The notes beneath the pieces are model-generated. The model was not told the DNA's origin. It was given only the letters and a program-made list of their open reading frames with translations, and ran no database searches. A program made the translations under genes and the position numbers. DNA of 64,000 nucleotides from Octopus vulgaris (taxonomy: Eukaryota), in assembly GCA_951406725.2 (NCBI GenBank), contig OX597820.1, forward strand, positions 4,836,001-4,900,000, given 5' to 3'. This document shows positions 1 to 10,425 of this stretch, in pieces. How positions within the stretch are numbered: position 1 is the first letter of the stretch; each line of letters starts with the position of its first letter.

Positions 1-436
1 CGATATAATCGACTTAATCCCTTTGTCCGTCCTTGTTCGTCCCCTCTGTGTTTAGCCCCTTGTGGGTAGTAAAGAAATAGGTATTTCGTCTGCTGCTACG
101 TTCTGAGTTCAAATTCCACCGAGGTCGACTTTGCCTTTCATCCTTTCGGGGTCGATTAAATAAGTACCAGTTACGCACTGGGGTCGATATAATCGACTTA
201 ATTCGTTTGTCTGTTCTTCTTTGTCCCCTCTGTGTTTAGCCCCTTGTGGGTAGTAAAGAAATAGGTATTCAGTCCATCTTTACGTTCTGAGTTCAAATTC
301 CGCCGAGGTCGACTTTGCCTTTCATCCTTTCGGGGACGATTAAATAAGTACCAGTGAAACACTGGGGTCGATGTAATCGGCTAGCCCACCCCCTCCAATT
401 TAGGGCCTTGTGCCTTTAATAGAAAGGATCATTATT
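1..436 (+). mobile_element. Head-to-tail array of a tRNA-derived SINE (Meta-like central domain): two units ending in tail A, one ending in tail B
   Basis: 184-bp period. B-box GAGTTCAAATTCC is followed by GAGGTCGACTTTGCCTTTCATCCTTTCGGGGTCGAT-AAATAAGTACCAG. Units at 1-79 and 80-263 end ...GTAGTAAAGAAATA; unit 264-436 ends ...GGCCTTGTGCC...AGAAAGGATCATTATT. Meta-domain assignment is from memory. Confidence 0.85.
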
Positions 437-1046
437 ATGTGATGAAAACTCACCACTTATTTTGCTGTGTATGATGGAAAGTCTCAGTTGCCCGCGGCCG
501 GTGGACTAAGGTAACACTTGTTTACTGGTCATGCTTTTTGTATCACTGGAACTATGTAACTCCGTATGCTCTGTCGGATGGTCATGCTTCAAGAACAATG
601 CGAAAAATTCTTGCAGTTCCAAGCAATGCTGATTATTATTATTATTATTATTATTACTACTATTATTATTAAGCTGTATCAGTAATATGTGCTGTGAAAT
701 AAAATTTGAATGTTTTTTTAAACAAATATCAATATTTTTTAGAATATTAAAATTATGTTTGGGTGTTTCCAGAGTTGAGAGAAAATAACATTTCGTAAAT
801 TAGTGTTTCCACTCATGTATTCCAACACACAGGTACAAAAAAAAAAAAAAAAAAAAAAAAAAACAATTTTCAGCATTTCTGGTCTCTGGAACTCTCAAAA
901 GTAGAGGAATTTTGTACCTTCAACGAAACTTCTCTCAAAGTTCAAAGAATTTTCTCTCAAAAAAGAAAATAACAAGCATGCGTCGTAGAAAAACACAAAT
1001 ACATATGAAAAGATATAAAAGATATACAGGTGCAGGGGCGGCCATA

Positions 1047-1404
1047 GGCGAAGGATTGGCTGTGTGGTAAGTAGCTTGCTTCCCACCCACATGGTTCCGG
1101 TTTCAGTCCCACTGTGTGGTACCTTGGGTAAGTGTCTTCTACTATAGCCTCGGGCCGACCAAAGCCTTGTGAGTGGATTTGGTAAGCGAAAACTGAAAGA
1201 AGCCCGTCATATATATATAAATTATATACGTATGTATGTTTGTGTGTGTCTGTGTTTTCCCCCCCAGCATCGCTTGACAACCGATGTTGGTGTGTTTACA
1301 TCCCCGTAACTTAGCGGTTTGGCAAAAAAGTCCTGGCTTCGATTTGCTCGACTGAAGACGGTGCTCCAGCGTGGCCACAGTCAAATGACTGAAACAAGTA
1401 AAAG
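1047..1404 (+). mobile_element. tRNA/CORE-like SINE (octopus OR-type), bipartite with internal microsatellite
   Basis: Head TGGCTGTGTGG...GGTTCAGTCCC, CORE-like CCTTGGG-AAGTGTCTT, internal (AT)n(GT)n, tail ending GTCAAATGACTGAAACAAGTAAAAG. More than ten similar copies lie in the window. Confidence 0.85.
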
Positions 1405-1589
1405 GACAAAAAAAAAAAGGATATGCATAAGGCTTAGGTGCAGACAAACCATTTACACAAGCCACACACGCGAATCTAGTAACGAAAGCGCATGCGCAGA
1501 TTAGCGAGAAAATATATCTCAATTTTTAACACAGACAAACAGACCGACAAACAGACAGCTGCAACGCGATTTCGAGCAACGCCGTCATT

Positions 1590-2000
1590 TGAGTGTCCTC
1601 GAAAATATGAGTTGTGCGACCGTGGCTTTTCAGTCTTACTGTGGACTTACACTCTTTAGTACAGATATGGAAACGGTGAGTGCTTTTGGTAAAGGTGTTC
1701 GGAGCGCTCACCCCTTGCGTTCAAGCCTTGCCTTCATTCCATCTGGGAAGTTTTCACCAAGTGTCTGACCTCTTCCAGCTACGGTCAACCATATTGTGCT
1801 CGCAGATTTTTTTCAAAATGAGGCAAATCCTTTCACATAGTATTTCCTGCTCTGTATATTATGTATGGATTTGTCGCAAAGAACCACAAAGTCTACATCA
1901 CTTGGATGCAAACGAAGTCGCAAGTGTTTTATCAGTTCTCGTGGGAGAGGTGTCTAAATAGAGATGAGGGGGTCACTCACTCTCAGCTGTTGGATGGCCG
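1590..2000 (-). mobile_element. Degenerate RTE-clade LINE 3' fragment
   Basis: Minus strand encodes FHICTKECKSTVRLKSHGRTTH, resembling the C-terminal C2H2 motif of RTE ORFs. It is preceded by frameshifted DRSW..LV and KD..K-like motifs. Confidence 0.5.
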
Positions 2001-2243
2001 TTGAATGAGGTCCTCCACCCTTTCACAGGTTTTGCTTTTTGTTCTGCACAGATTCCAACAGAACCTATCCCCCTTACTATGCAAGCTTACGAGGGTTGCC
2101 TGTTTACTCGACGACGGCCCGACCATCCGACAGAGCGTACGGTGTTACATAGTTCCAGTGACACAAAAAGTAATCTCTCGCGCGCGCGTGTATGTATGTA
2201 TAATAGGGACAGTCAGTAGCGACACCTGCTGGGTCTGACTACA

Positions 2244-2284
2244 CTGCATTGATAAAGGGCAAATACCCTGAAACATGTCTGCAG
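2244..2284 (+). ncRNA. Minimal type I hammerhead ribozyme motif
   Basis: CTGCA-TTGATAA-AGGG caaata CCCT-GAAA-CATG-TC-TGCAG. Stem I is 5 bp, stem II 4 bp, stem III is the palindrome ACATGT, and the GUC cleavage site ends at 2279. Confidence 0.7.
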
Positions 2285-2448
2285 CTGTCCGACTGGCATG
2301 ATGAAGCGGCTGACCTCCCTTGTTCGAAGGTTTATAATGGACGCAGGTTGTGTGTCAAATAGCTAGCTTGAGGCGGTGGCCTCTTGGAGCTAATCAGCGA
2401 CAGCTTTAGTCTTATATTTATAAGACTGCCATATAAGTATGGCGATAA

Positions 2449-2493
<45 letters not shown>

Positions 2494-2935
2494 TATATAT
2501 ACATACACATACACACAGTCTGACGATAGTTTAACTGGTCCAAACTTCGAAGTCACTATCTACAACATTTTTGTTTAAGAATTATATATATATATCTGTA
2601 TGTATGTATGTATATATATATGAGCTGTTCATTGTTTTTCAAGGTAAAGTTGACATCAGCGGAATTTGAAATCGGTCTGTAAATGATCGTTGTTAAATAC
2701 TATATGACGTCCGTCTTTCGTTCTGCCGAGTGTAACAGTAAACTTATGATGACGATAATAATAATAATAATAATAATAATAAACTAGTAAGAATAATAGT
2801 AAACATAATGAAAATTGATTTGAAATTGTTAATGTCAGAAGTTTGGTAAGTTAATACTGAGGAATATTTGAATATTTTCTTGACACTGGCTACCATGAAA
2901 TATAGCAATAAATTCTTGTTAAAGTTAGTAAATAC

Positions 2936-2983
<48 letters not shown>

Positions 2984-3414
2984 TAGGTAGATAGATAGGT
3001 AGAGAGAAAGAGAGAAAGAAAGACCAAAGGAGTGGAGGGCTTCTTTAAGCGATGTAGTTTAGCTAGAAATAGCGATGGCGGTAATTATAAGTTTAATTTT
3101 ATGAGCGGGAGACATGTTATGTCTAGAAGACATGATTGAATAGTCTACTGCTTCTATTACTCAGTCACCTGACCTAAATTCCTCTGCTAATATACTTCGC
3201 TAGCTTCAGAGAAATCTTTCTAAACGTTCAGCTAGTCTTTAACACGGCAAACCTAAAGTTCTTATTTGCTCCAGGCCAATATTTTATTCCAGCTCCAAGA
3301 AAATTACTTCTGATGATTTTTGCAGTAGAAACTCTCATTTTGTAATTAATTAATCGAGGAAAGGGAAGGGCAGTGTCCTTGACCTTTCTAAAACTTCCCA
3401 GGCTGGGAGATCAA

Positions 3415-3620
3415 TATAACTCGACTTTATTGTACGTTGGAAGAACAGAGATTGGGGAGAGAATTCCAGAGCGATTTGGAATTCTGCGAAAGATTGGTGG
3501 AATAATTAAGAAAAAGATTATATTACAATTTTTAATGGAGTGATACAATATCAAGGGGGTGGTGGGCGAGGAATGGAAGAAGGAAGGTTACTCGGTGATT
3601 TAGGAGAGCGTTGGCTGTTG
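3415..3620 (-). mobile_element. Old CR1/L2/Jockey-type LINE 3' remnant
   Basis: Minus strand reads SKSLWNSLP then, frameshifted, SVLPTYN. This matches the typical LWNSLP..VFP..YN C-terminus. Confidence 0.4.
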
Positions 3621-3920
3621 CAGGAGAAATGAAAGGAGCACAGAGAAGACACATTACAGGTGGGGGTGAGCGAATGGTTGGGTTTGGAAGCAGTTGGTGA
3701 GGGTGCTTAGTCCAGGTGAGTTCTGGAACCACCGTCATTCTGTTTGTTATACTTTGAGTCATAGTGTACCTAGGAATATACTATAGAAATTGTCTATTTT
3801 TTTCAGATGGGAAAAATCTTACTGCCCTTTCTGTGAGGCCATGTGACAACTAAAATGCTAAATAACGGGCACGTAAATAAACCAACACCGGTTTTCAAAT
3901 AGTGTTGTGACACACGCACA

Positions 3921-4062
3921 TTCTCATTGTCCGTCTTTCAAATTCACTCACAAGTCATTGGTCGGTCCGTGGCTAATGTAGAAGACATTTGCCCAAGATG
4001 TGATGCTGTGGGATTGAACCCAGTACCACATGCTTGGGAAGCAAACTGCTTAACCACACAAC
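3921..4062 (-). mobile_element. Partial OR-type SINE (head + CORE)
   Basis: Diverged reverse complement of the head/CORE module. Confidence 0.7.
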
Positions 4063-4247
4063 CATTCCAGTGGGAAATCGTTTGACCAAGCTAGACCACT
4101 CAATAGAAATTTGGTAATTTCTGCTGAGACCACAGACCACAATGGAACTTTAGAATCCTCTAATTGTCCCGCCTTTATAAATCACATTATGAACCAACAA
4201 AGGCATTGGCCAGCTAGAAACAACAGGTAAATATCTTCTAAAATATA

Positions 4248-4622
4248 CGTGGCTGTGTGGTAAGAAGCTTGCTTCCCAACCACATGGTTTCGGGTTCACT
4301 CTCACTGCGTGGCACCTTGAGCAATTGTCTTCTGCTATAGCCTCAGGCCGACCAAAGCCTCGTGAGTGGATTTGGTAGACGGAAAATGAAAGAAGCCCGT
4401 CGTATGTGTGTATATATATAAATGTGTGTGTGTATGTGTGTGTGTGTGTTTGTCCCCTCTCCATCGTTTGCTGTGTTTATGTACCCGTAACTTATCGGTT
4501 CGGCGAAAGAGACCGATAAAATAATTACTAGGCTTACAAAGAATAAGACCTGGGGTCGATTTGTTTGACTAAAGGCGGTGCTCCAGCATGGTCGCAGTCA
4601 AATGACTGAAATAAGTAAAAGA
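4248..4622 (+). mobile_element. OR-type SINE
   Basis: Head, CORE, internal (GT/AT)n and tail as in 1047-1404. Confidence 0.85.
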
Positions 4623-4918
4623 AAGAAAAGAGTAAAAGAATAGAATCTTCAGGAATGAAGCACTCAATACATAATATGGCAGTCAGCAAATCATGTTTGA
4701 ATTTAAGAGTGGATGGTCACGACTGGACCCCATTTCATCATAAACTCGCTTGCTTCCGAACAGCTTAAATGTTATACAAAAAACTACAACAGCCACAATA
4801 ATCATTAATACGAAGTACTATGGTTTACATTAGATGATGTAGTGCAAGATACACTTAGCCAGGATTGTCACAGAATACACTTTATCAGATGTCTTCTGAA
4901 TGAAGAATGGAATGGGTG

Positions 4919-4996
<78 letters not shown>

Positions 4997-5412
4997 ATAT
5001 TATGTGTATGTCTGTATACAGGAATAGTATATCTCGAAGCTCACACATCAGGCTATAAATAACAGCCTGTAAATATTGGATTTCCATGCTATTATTCACA
5101 GCCTTTCTGTGTGTGCTTCGAGATAAACTATTCCCAAACAGAATTATTTTTGCTTAATTCGAAAATTTATAAAATTTTTATCACGTCAGCAATATATTAC
5201 ATACACAACACACAAGAATTAGATGAGTGTATATCATGTAATACGTGTGTGTGTGTGTGTGTGTATGATCCCGAGTTGAATGCCCTAATTGCCACACTGG
5301 TGTGCTGTTAGATATACACACATAAGTATATAGGAATTATGCTTTATATGTATATAAACATATAGTTTGTTTGTAATCCATAATTTATTCAGTGTTGAAA
5401 GGGGAGAAACAC

Positions 5413-5568
5413 CTCCAAAGGGATCTGAATAGAAGCAGTGACCGAGTAAAACATTTGTACTTCTGTGTCGGTCACTTCAAAAGTAACGTTTTTTAAAGAA
5501 AGAGCAGCAGCCACGTCAGTGGGGCTATTTACATAATGTCTCCCTTTCATCTTTATTACTGCGTCTCC
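5413..5568 (-). CDS. Candidate host exon (52 codons, phase 0-0); speculative resemblance to an adhesion-GPCR GAIN domain segment
   Basis: Non-repetitive open frame inside ORF 5389-5652. Acceptor tttctctataaagtccatttgcag|GGA; weak donor GAG|gtgttt. Peptide GDAVIKMKGRHYVNSPTDVAAALSLKNVTFEVTDTEVQMFYSVTASIQIPLE. Confidence 0.3.
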
Positions 5569-5997
5569 CTGCAAATGGACTTTATAGAGAAATAATTCAA
5601 CGTGTCTTATTGAAATCAGGGGCACAGCTTGTCCCTTAATGTATTCCTTCATAGAAATTCATGATTGGTATTCATAGGCGCGCGCAAACCCACGAAAAGA
5701 CTCTAAACAAGAAGAGAGAAAAAAAAAAGAAGTATTCGATACTATATGAAAAAAAGTTAAGCTGAATACGTCAGTAACCGTTACTCCGAGTTTCACTTTG
5801 ATACTGTCGTTAGAGTAATTGATACCATGAATAAACACATTTTTCTCTGTGTACTAAGCCAGTATCTATACTTCCTGAATATATCATTTATGTATTAATT
5901 TCTCTCTTGGCTTTCTTGGGAAAATTGTAATTTGCTTGTTAACGTAGTTTAATTTTTCGAATTTTAACCAATGCTATGCTCTCTTTTGAGCTAAAAT

Positions 5998-6404
5998 CAT
6001 TTGCTGCGTCTAAAACTGGGACAACATTCTGTAACTAACCCTAAACCTCTCCCTAACCCTAACCCTATTTTTTTTTCTTAATTGTTAAATTAATTTAATT
6101 GTTACGCGTGTAAAAAAACTAAAGCAATGGAAAATAATTTAAACAATTAACAAACAAAATAATTCTATAATTTTATACACACGCTTTCCGTACGTATACA
6201 GAAAGTGTGTGTTACGGAAAGCGTGTGTATAAAATTATAGAATTATTTTGTTTGTTAATTGCTTAAATTATTTTCCATTGCTTTAGTTTTTTTACACGCG
6301 TAACAATTAAATTAATTTAACAATTAAGAAAAGAAAAAGTTAGGGTTAGGGGGAGGTTTAGGGTTAGTTACAGGATGTTGTCTCAGTTTTAGACGCAGCA
6401 AATG
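5998..6404. repeat. Foldback palindrome (MITE-like), arms about 195 bp, 20-nt spacer
   Basis: 5998-6192 is the near-perfect reverse complement of 6213-6404. Arms contain TAACCC repeats. More diverged inverted arms extend to about 5899 and 6514. Confidence 0.9.
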
Positions 6405-6970
6405 TTGTTTACCTAAATGGAGGTAATCGATTGGTTAAAATTGCCGAAATACTCGGATTTTCAGACGAAATATCTTACAAACTATAGAATTTTCTCAATA
6501 AAACCAAGAGAAAATGATGTTTTATAAACACATTCTACCAGTATACGAAGTTTAAAACTTTTTAGTTACCTAGAAATTATGTTACAAACTGCCGTTCAAA
6601 AGGAAAAGTTCCGAAAATTACTAATACAAAAAGTCATGGCATGGACAGCAGAAAAAGAATGGGTTCAGTATAGAGTTTATTTCAAAATTATTATGACAAT
6701 ATTGTCCAATGCTTTGGCATCTGAAGACGGCCGAAATGCTATGACTAATTCACAGAAATTCCATTGGCAGTGAAAGCGCAGGCGTGGCTGCGTTGTATTC
6801 GAAAATAAAACCCAAACATTTCTTAACTGTTGAAAGAAAACTAGAGTAAACAACCAAAGCTTCAAACTCCAGACTGACATCACCATAAAAGCAAGTACAA
6901 CTCTCTCTCGATATCAGGACTGCGAAAGTCGAAAAACATTTCTGTTGCAGGAAATTTATTGCTCTCTTTA

Positions 6971-7363
6971 CTCTTTTACTTGTTTCAGTCATTTGACTGT
7001 GGCCATGCTGGGGCACCGTCTTTAGTCGAGCAAATCGACCGCAGAACTTATTCTTCGTAAGCCTAGTACTTATTCTATCGGTCTCTTTTGCCGAACCGCT
7101 AAGTGACGGGGACGTAAACACACCACCATCGGTTGTCAAGCGATGTTGGGGGAGGGAGACAAACACAGACACACAAACATATACACACACACACATATAT
7201 ACGACGGGCTTCTTTCAGTTTCCGTCTTCCAAATCCACTCCCAAGGCTTTGGTCGGCCCGAGGCTATAGTAGAAGACACTTGCCCAAAGTGCCACGCAGT
7301 GGGACTGAACCCGGAACCATGTGGTTCGTAAGTAAGCTACTTACCACACAGCCACTCCTACGC
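6971..7363 (-). mobile_element. OR-type SINE, full length
   Basis: Reverse complement of head GCGTAGGAGTGGCTGTGTGGTAAG through tail ...AAGTAAAAGAG. Confidence 0.9.
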
Positions 7364-8078
7364 TCTGAAAAAATTACGCAGAATTCCTAATCAGCTTGGA
7401 AAGAACTGCAATAGAATATATAAAATCTACAGAATAATTGTAATTTTAAGACACTTTTATTAAAAGTTGTTCTCATAGAATTAAGGTAACTTTTTTTTAA
7501 AAATGGAGTCACCGGAACTCTTTCCGTCTCACATGCTCATTACACTTCTAATTTCTCTACAAATTCGAATGTTCTTTTTTAAATACAAATTATCCAATAT
7601 GGTGTCGGATAGGTCTTCATCAAAGTTTCATCTCATCTCTTTATGCCTATTTAAAATTTTACCCGAAGATGGTGAATTTATACTATGGGTGCTTCAATAA
7701 AGTCCCACCGAAACAGCTGTAGTAAAATTTTTTTGACCCCATTTGTGTTCTTTTTTATATCTACGCCGCACCAACAAAAGTCTCCGAGTCGGACATGCGG
7801 TTTAATTTGCATTTGTTATATATCTACAGTATCCTACCAACACGTGATACCTCCTTTTTGTTTTTGTTACCTCGCTATGTATAACAAACGAAAGACAGGA
7901 ACACTCAATACGTGATAGTAAGTATATATTTGTAACGAGACAGTTAGTGAGTGACGGTCATCAGAGTTTCATCGAGACAAAAGCACATGTCTGATGCTTA
8001 GATGTCTCCGAGAAGTGAAATGTGAAGTGATGGGGTGGTGGGGGCATCTGTTTCAGGTTTTTTAAAAATAGCTTTATA

Positions 8079-8466
8079 GGCGCAGGCGTGGCTGTGTGGT
8101 AAGAAGCTTGCTTCTCAACTACATAGTTAAGGGTTCAGTCCCACCTTGGTCAAGTGATTTCTACTATAACCTCGGCCCGACCAAAGCCTTGTGAGTGAAT
8201 TTGGTTGACAGAAACTAAAAGAAATTCATCATATATGTGTGTGTGTGTGTGTGTGTCTGTTATTGTGTTTGTCCCCACCCCCGCTTGACAACCGGTGCTT
8301 GTGTATTTACGCCCCCATTACCTAGCGGTTTGGCAACGGAGTTCGATAGAATAAGTATCAAGCTTTAAAAAAAATGCTCTGGGCTCGATTCATTCGACTA
8401 AAGATTCTTCAAAGCAGTGCCCCAGCATGGCCGCAGTCTAATGCCCGAGACAAGCACGAGGTAAAA
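8079..8466 (+). mobile_element. OR-type SINE
   Basis: GGCGCAGGCGTGGCTGTGTGGTAAG head, CORE, (GT)n, tail. Confidence 0.85.
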
Positions 8467-8659
8467 GGGCCAGAGCAGCGGAGGGTGGGACTGGAGTTTA
8501 TTTAAAGATGAAACCAGCCTTTGAACTTCCAGTTTTTCTTTCAACAGGAAATATTTTTGTGGTGATTATTCTCCTTGTCGGACTTGAAAAGTGGACCCTT
8601 ATGTGTGGCCAATAAACTGGGTTCTTAGTAGACGTGCTGGGTCACATGATGAATCTTAT

Positions 8660-9047
8660 CTTTTACTTGTTTCATTCATCTGACTGCGGCCATGCTGGGG
8701 CACTGTATTGAAGGATTTTAGCCGAAAAATCAGCCTTAGCACTTTTAAAACCTGGTACTAACTTTATCGGTATCTTTTGCTGAACCACTAAGTTATAGAG
8801 TTATAGAGGCGTAAAAAAACCAACACTAGTGGGCAGGTGGTTGGAGGCACAAACTCAGGCACAAAAGCAGGAACAAACATACACAAGCACACCTATATGC
8901 ACGACAAGCTTCCTGATAGTTTCCGTCTACAAAATTCCCTCTCAAGTCACTGGTCAGTCTGGGAATTTAGTAGAAGACACCGAAAATGCCGCGCTGGGGA
9001 ACTGAACCCGAAACCCCATGATAACTTCTTAATCATACAGCCATGCC
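8660..9047 (-). mobile_element. Diverged OR-type SINE
   Basis: Degenerate reverse complement of both modules. Confidence 0.7.
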
Positions 9048-9111
9048 TTTGCTGAAGAACATATCCATTAATCACCGTTGGGCGATATTATGAAAATATA
9101 AATTATGAAGT

Positions 9112-9373
9112 GAAGGCGCGTGGTTAAGTGGTCAGGCTGTTGCTCGCACGATCGCTAGATCGTGGGTTCGATTCCTGAGTGGGTGGCGCGTTGTGTTCTT
9201 GAGCAAAACACTTCGTTTCATGTTGCTTCAGTCCCCCATTTTCGATTAGGGTGGGAATGTTGGCCCTCACGCCAACCCAGTGGGGGTGGAGTCATTTGAA
9301 GGTTAAAACAATGCAAAGCGTATTTTGACCAGCGATGTGCAACAACATCCGGTAACCTGGTCAGTCACGTGAT
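9112..9373 (+). mobile_element. tRNA-derived SINE, head B (GAAGGCGCGTGG...) with AACAATGCAAAGCG-type tail
   Basis: A/B boxes (GGTTCGATTCC), CORE-like CTTGAGCAAAACACTT, tail shared with 50174-50484. Confidence 0.75.
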
Positions 9374-9489
9374 AAATTACGAGAGAGCTACTGATTGTGC
9401 ATGGGGTGCAAAATTGTCTGAGATGAACTTTTAGCAGTAAAAGAGTTAAGCAGCGAGTCATTTTCTGAGTCAACGGACAGGAATTGATC

Positions 9490-10104
9490 AAATGCGTCAC
9501 GCTGCCAACAAAGCGCGCGGAATTCTGTTTTTGATTCGACGGTCATTCGGAATGCTCGCAGCAGCCATATTCCTGCCACTCTATGTCACGCTGGTGAGAC
9601 CCATATTGGAGTATGGGATTCAAGCCTCTTCTCCTTATCTCCTCAAAGACATACAGCACCTCGAAAGAGTCCAGAGGCTGGCTACCCGCATGGTTCATGG
9701 TCTCAAAAATTTGTCCTACGAAGAAAGGCTGAGGACGCTCGACCATTATTCTCTTGAAAAACGCCGCCGCCGTGGTGATCTCATTCTCGCCCACAACATC
9801 ATAAGCGGGATGTGTAACCTCTCGAAAGAGCTGTTCTTCACTCCTGCTCCGGAGCGTCGGCTGCGGGGTCATTCCGAAAAGCTCTACCTGCGACGATTTC
9901 ATCTCAATCGAAGGAGAGGAGCTTTCTCCATCCGGGTTGCGGATCCGTGGAACAAGCTGCCAGACGAGATGGTGAAGATGGCGACGACCGCTTTGTTCAA
10001 AGCCTCCCTGGACCTCAAGTGGCCTGAACTCTTTATATGAACACCACCCTGTACTTAACTCCATGTCCCCCTACATGGCCTTGTTATTTGCTTTTGAGCC
10101 AAAT

Positions 10105-10135
<31 letters not shown>
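9490..10135 (+). mobile_element. 5'-truncated CR1-clade LINE (ORF2 C-terminus + 3' UTR)
   Basis: ORF 9492-10040 with LYVTLVRPILEYG, LERVQRLATRMV, LSYEERL, RRRRGDLI and WNKLP. 3' stem-loop CCATGT ccccct ACATGG and (TAAC)n tail. Confidence 0.92.
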
Positions 10136-10136
10136 A

Positions 10137-10425
10137 TGCAAAAGTTTGTTTATGAGGACAATTAGAGATAGCTTTGGAAATTCTGTACTTGAATGCCGAA
10201 TGCTGCTTCAGGATATACACTTTCTCTGACAAACAGATCCTGTAAGTATGTAATCCGCTCGTGTATGGAGGAGCTCTATCGGCAATGTTCCAGATTATGG
10301 CGGGGTGGGGGTCATGTCTTTTGTGTCTAAATTTTCAAATGAAATCGAACAGGGCAATGGAGTTTAAACTGTCACTCATCTTACCAAGGGTGCAAATGTG
10401 GTCATACCAGTCTTTGAAACTCAGC
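10137..10425 (-). pseudogene. Penelope-like element GIY-YIG endonuclease C-terminal remnant
   Basis: One minus-strand frame with one stop: SFKDWYDH...NSIALFDFI*KFRHK...IIWNIADRAPPYTSGLHTYRICLSEKVYIL...ISNCPHKQTF. It matches the PLE pattern FK.R..NH / ST.LS..IW / W.I...A.PY / C.LCL.EK / C.H. Not in the ORF track. Confidence 0.7.

Noticed and set aside
1-436. Regularly spaced repeats resembling a CRISPR array
   Set aside because: 184-bp whole-unit SINE repeats with no unique spacers, in eukaryotic context
837-862. Poly(A) run as a possible retrocopy end
   Set aside because: No upstream coding remnant, polyadenylation signal or TSD identified
5431-5478. Hairpin AGTGACCGA...TCGGTCACT as a possible pre-miRNA
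   Set aside because: Only 9 contiguous pairs with a large unpaired interior
6035-6066. TAACCC telomere-like repeats
   Set aside because: Only a few units, mirrored in the opposite arm of a foldback element; not a telomere or fusion scar
6709-6745. CTGAAGA-CGGCC-GAAA hammerhead-like core
   Set aside because: Stem II cannot close (C-C) and there is no NUH triplet in register with a stem III
9543-10064. 173-aa minus-strand ORF (likewise 28117-28497, 28726-29010, 29514-29741)
   Set aside because: Antisense shadows of GC-rich LINE coding sequence
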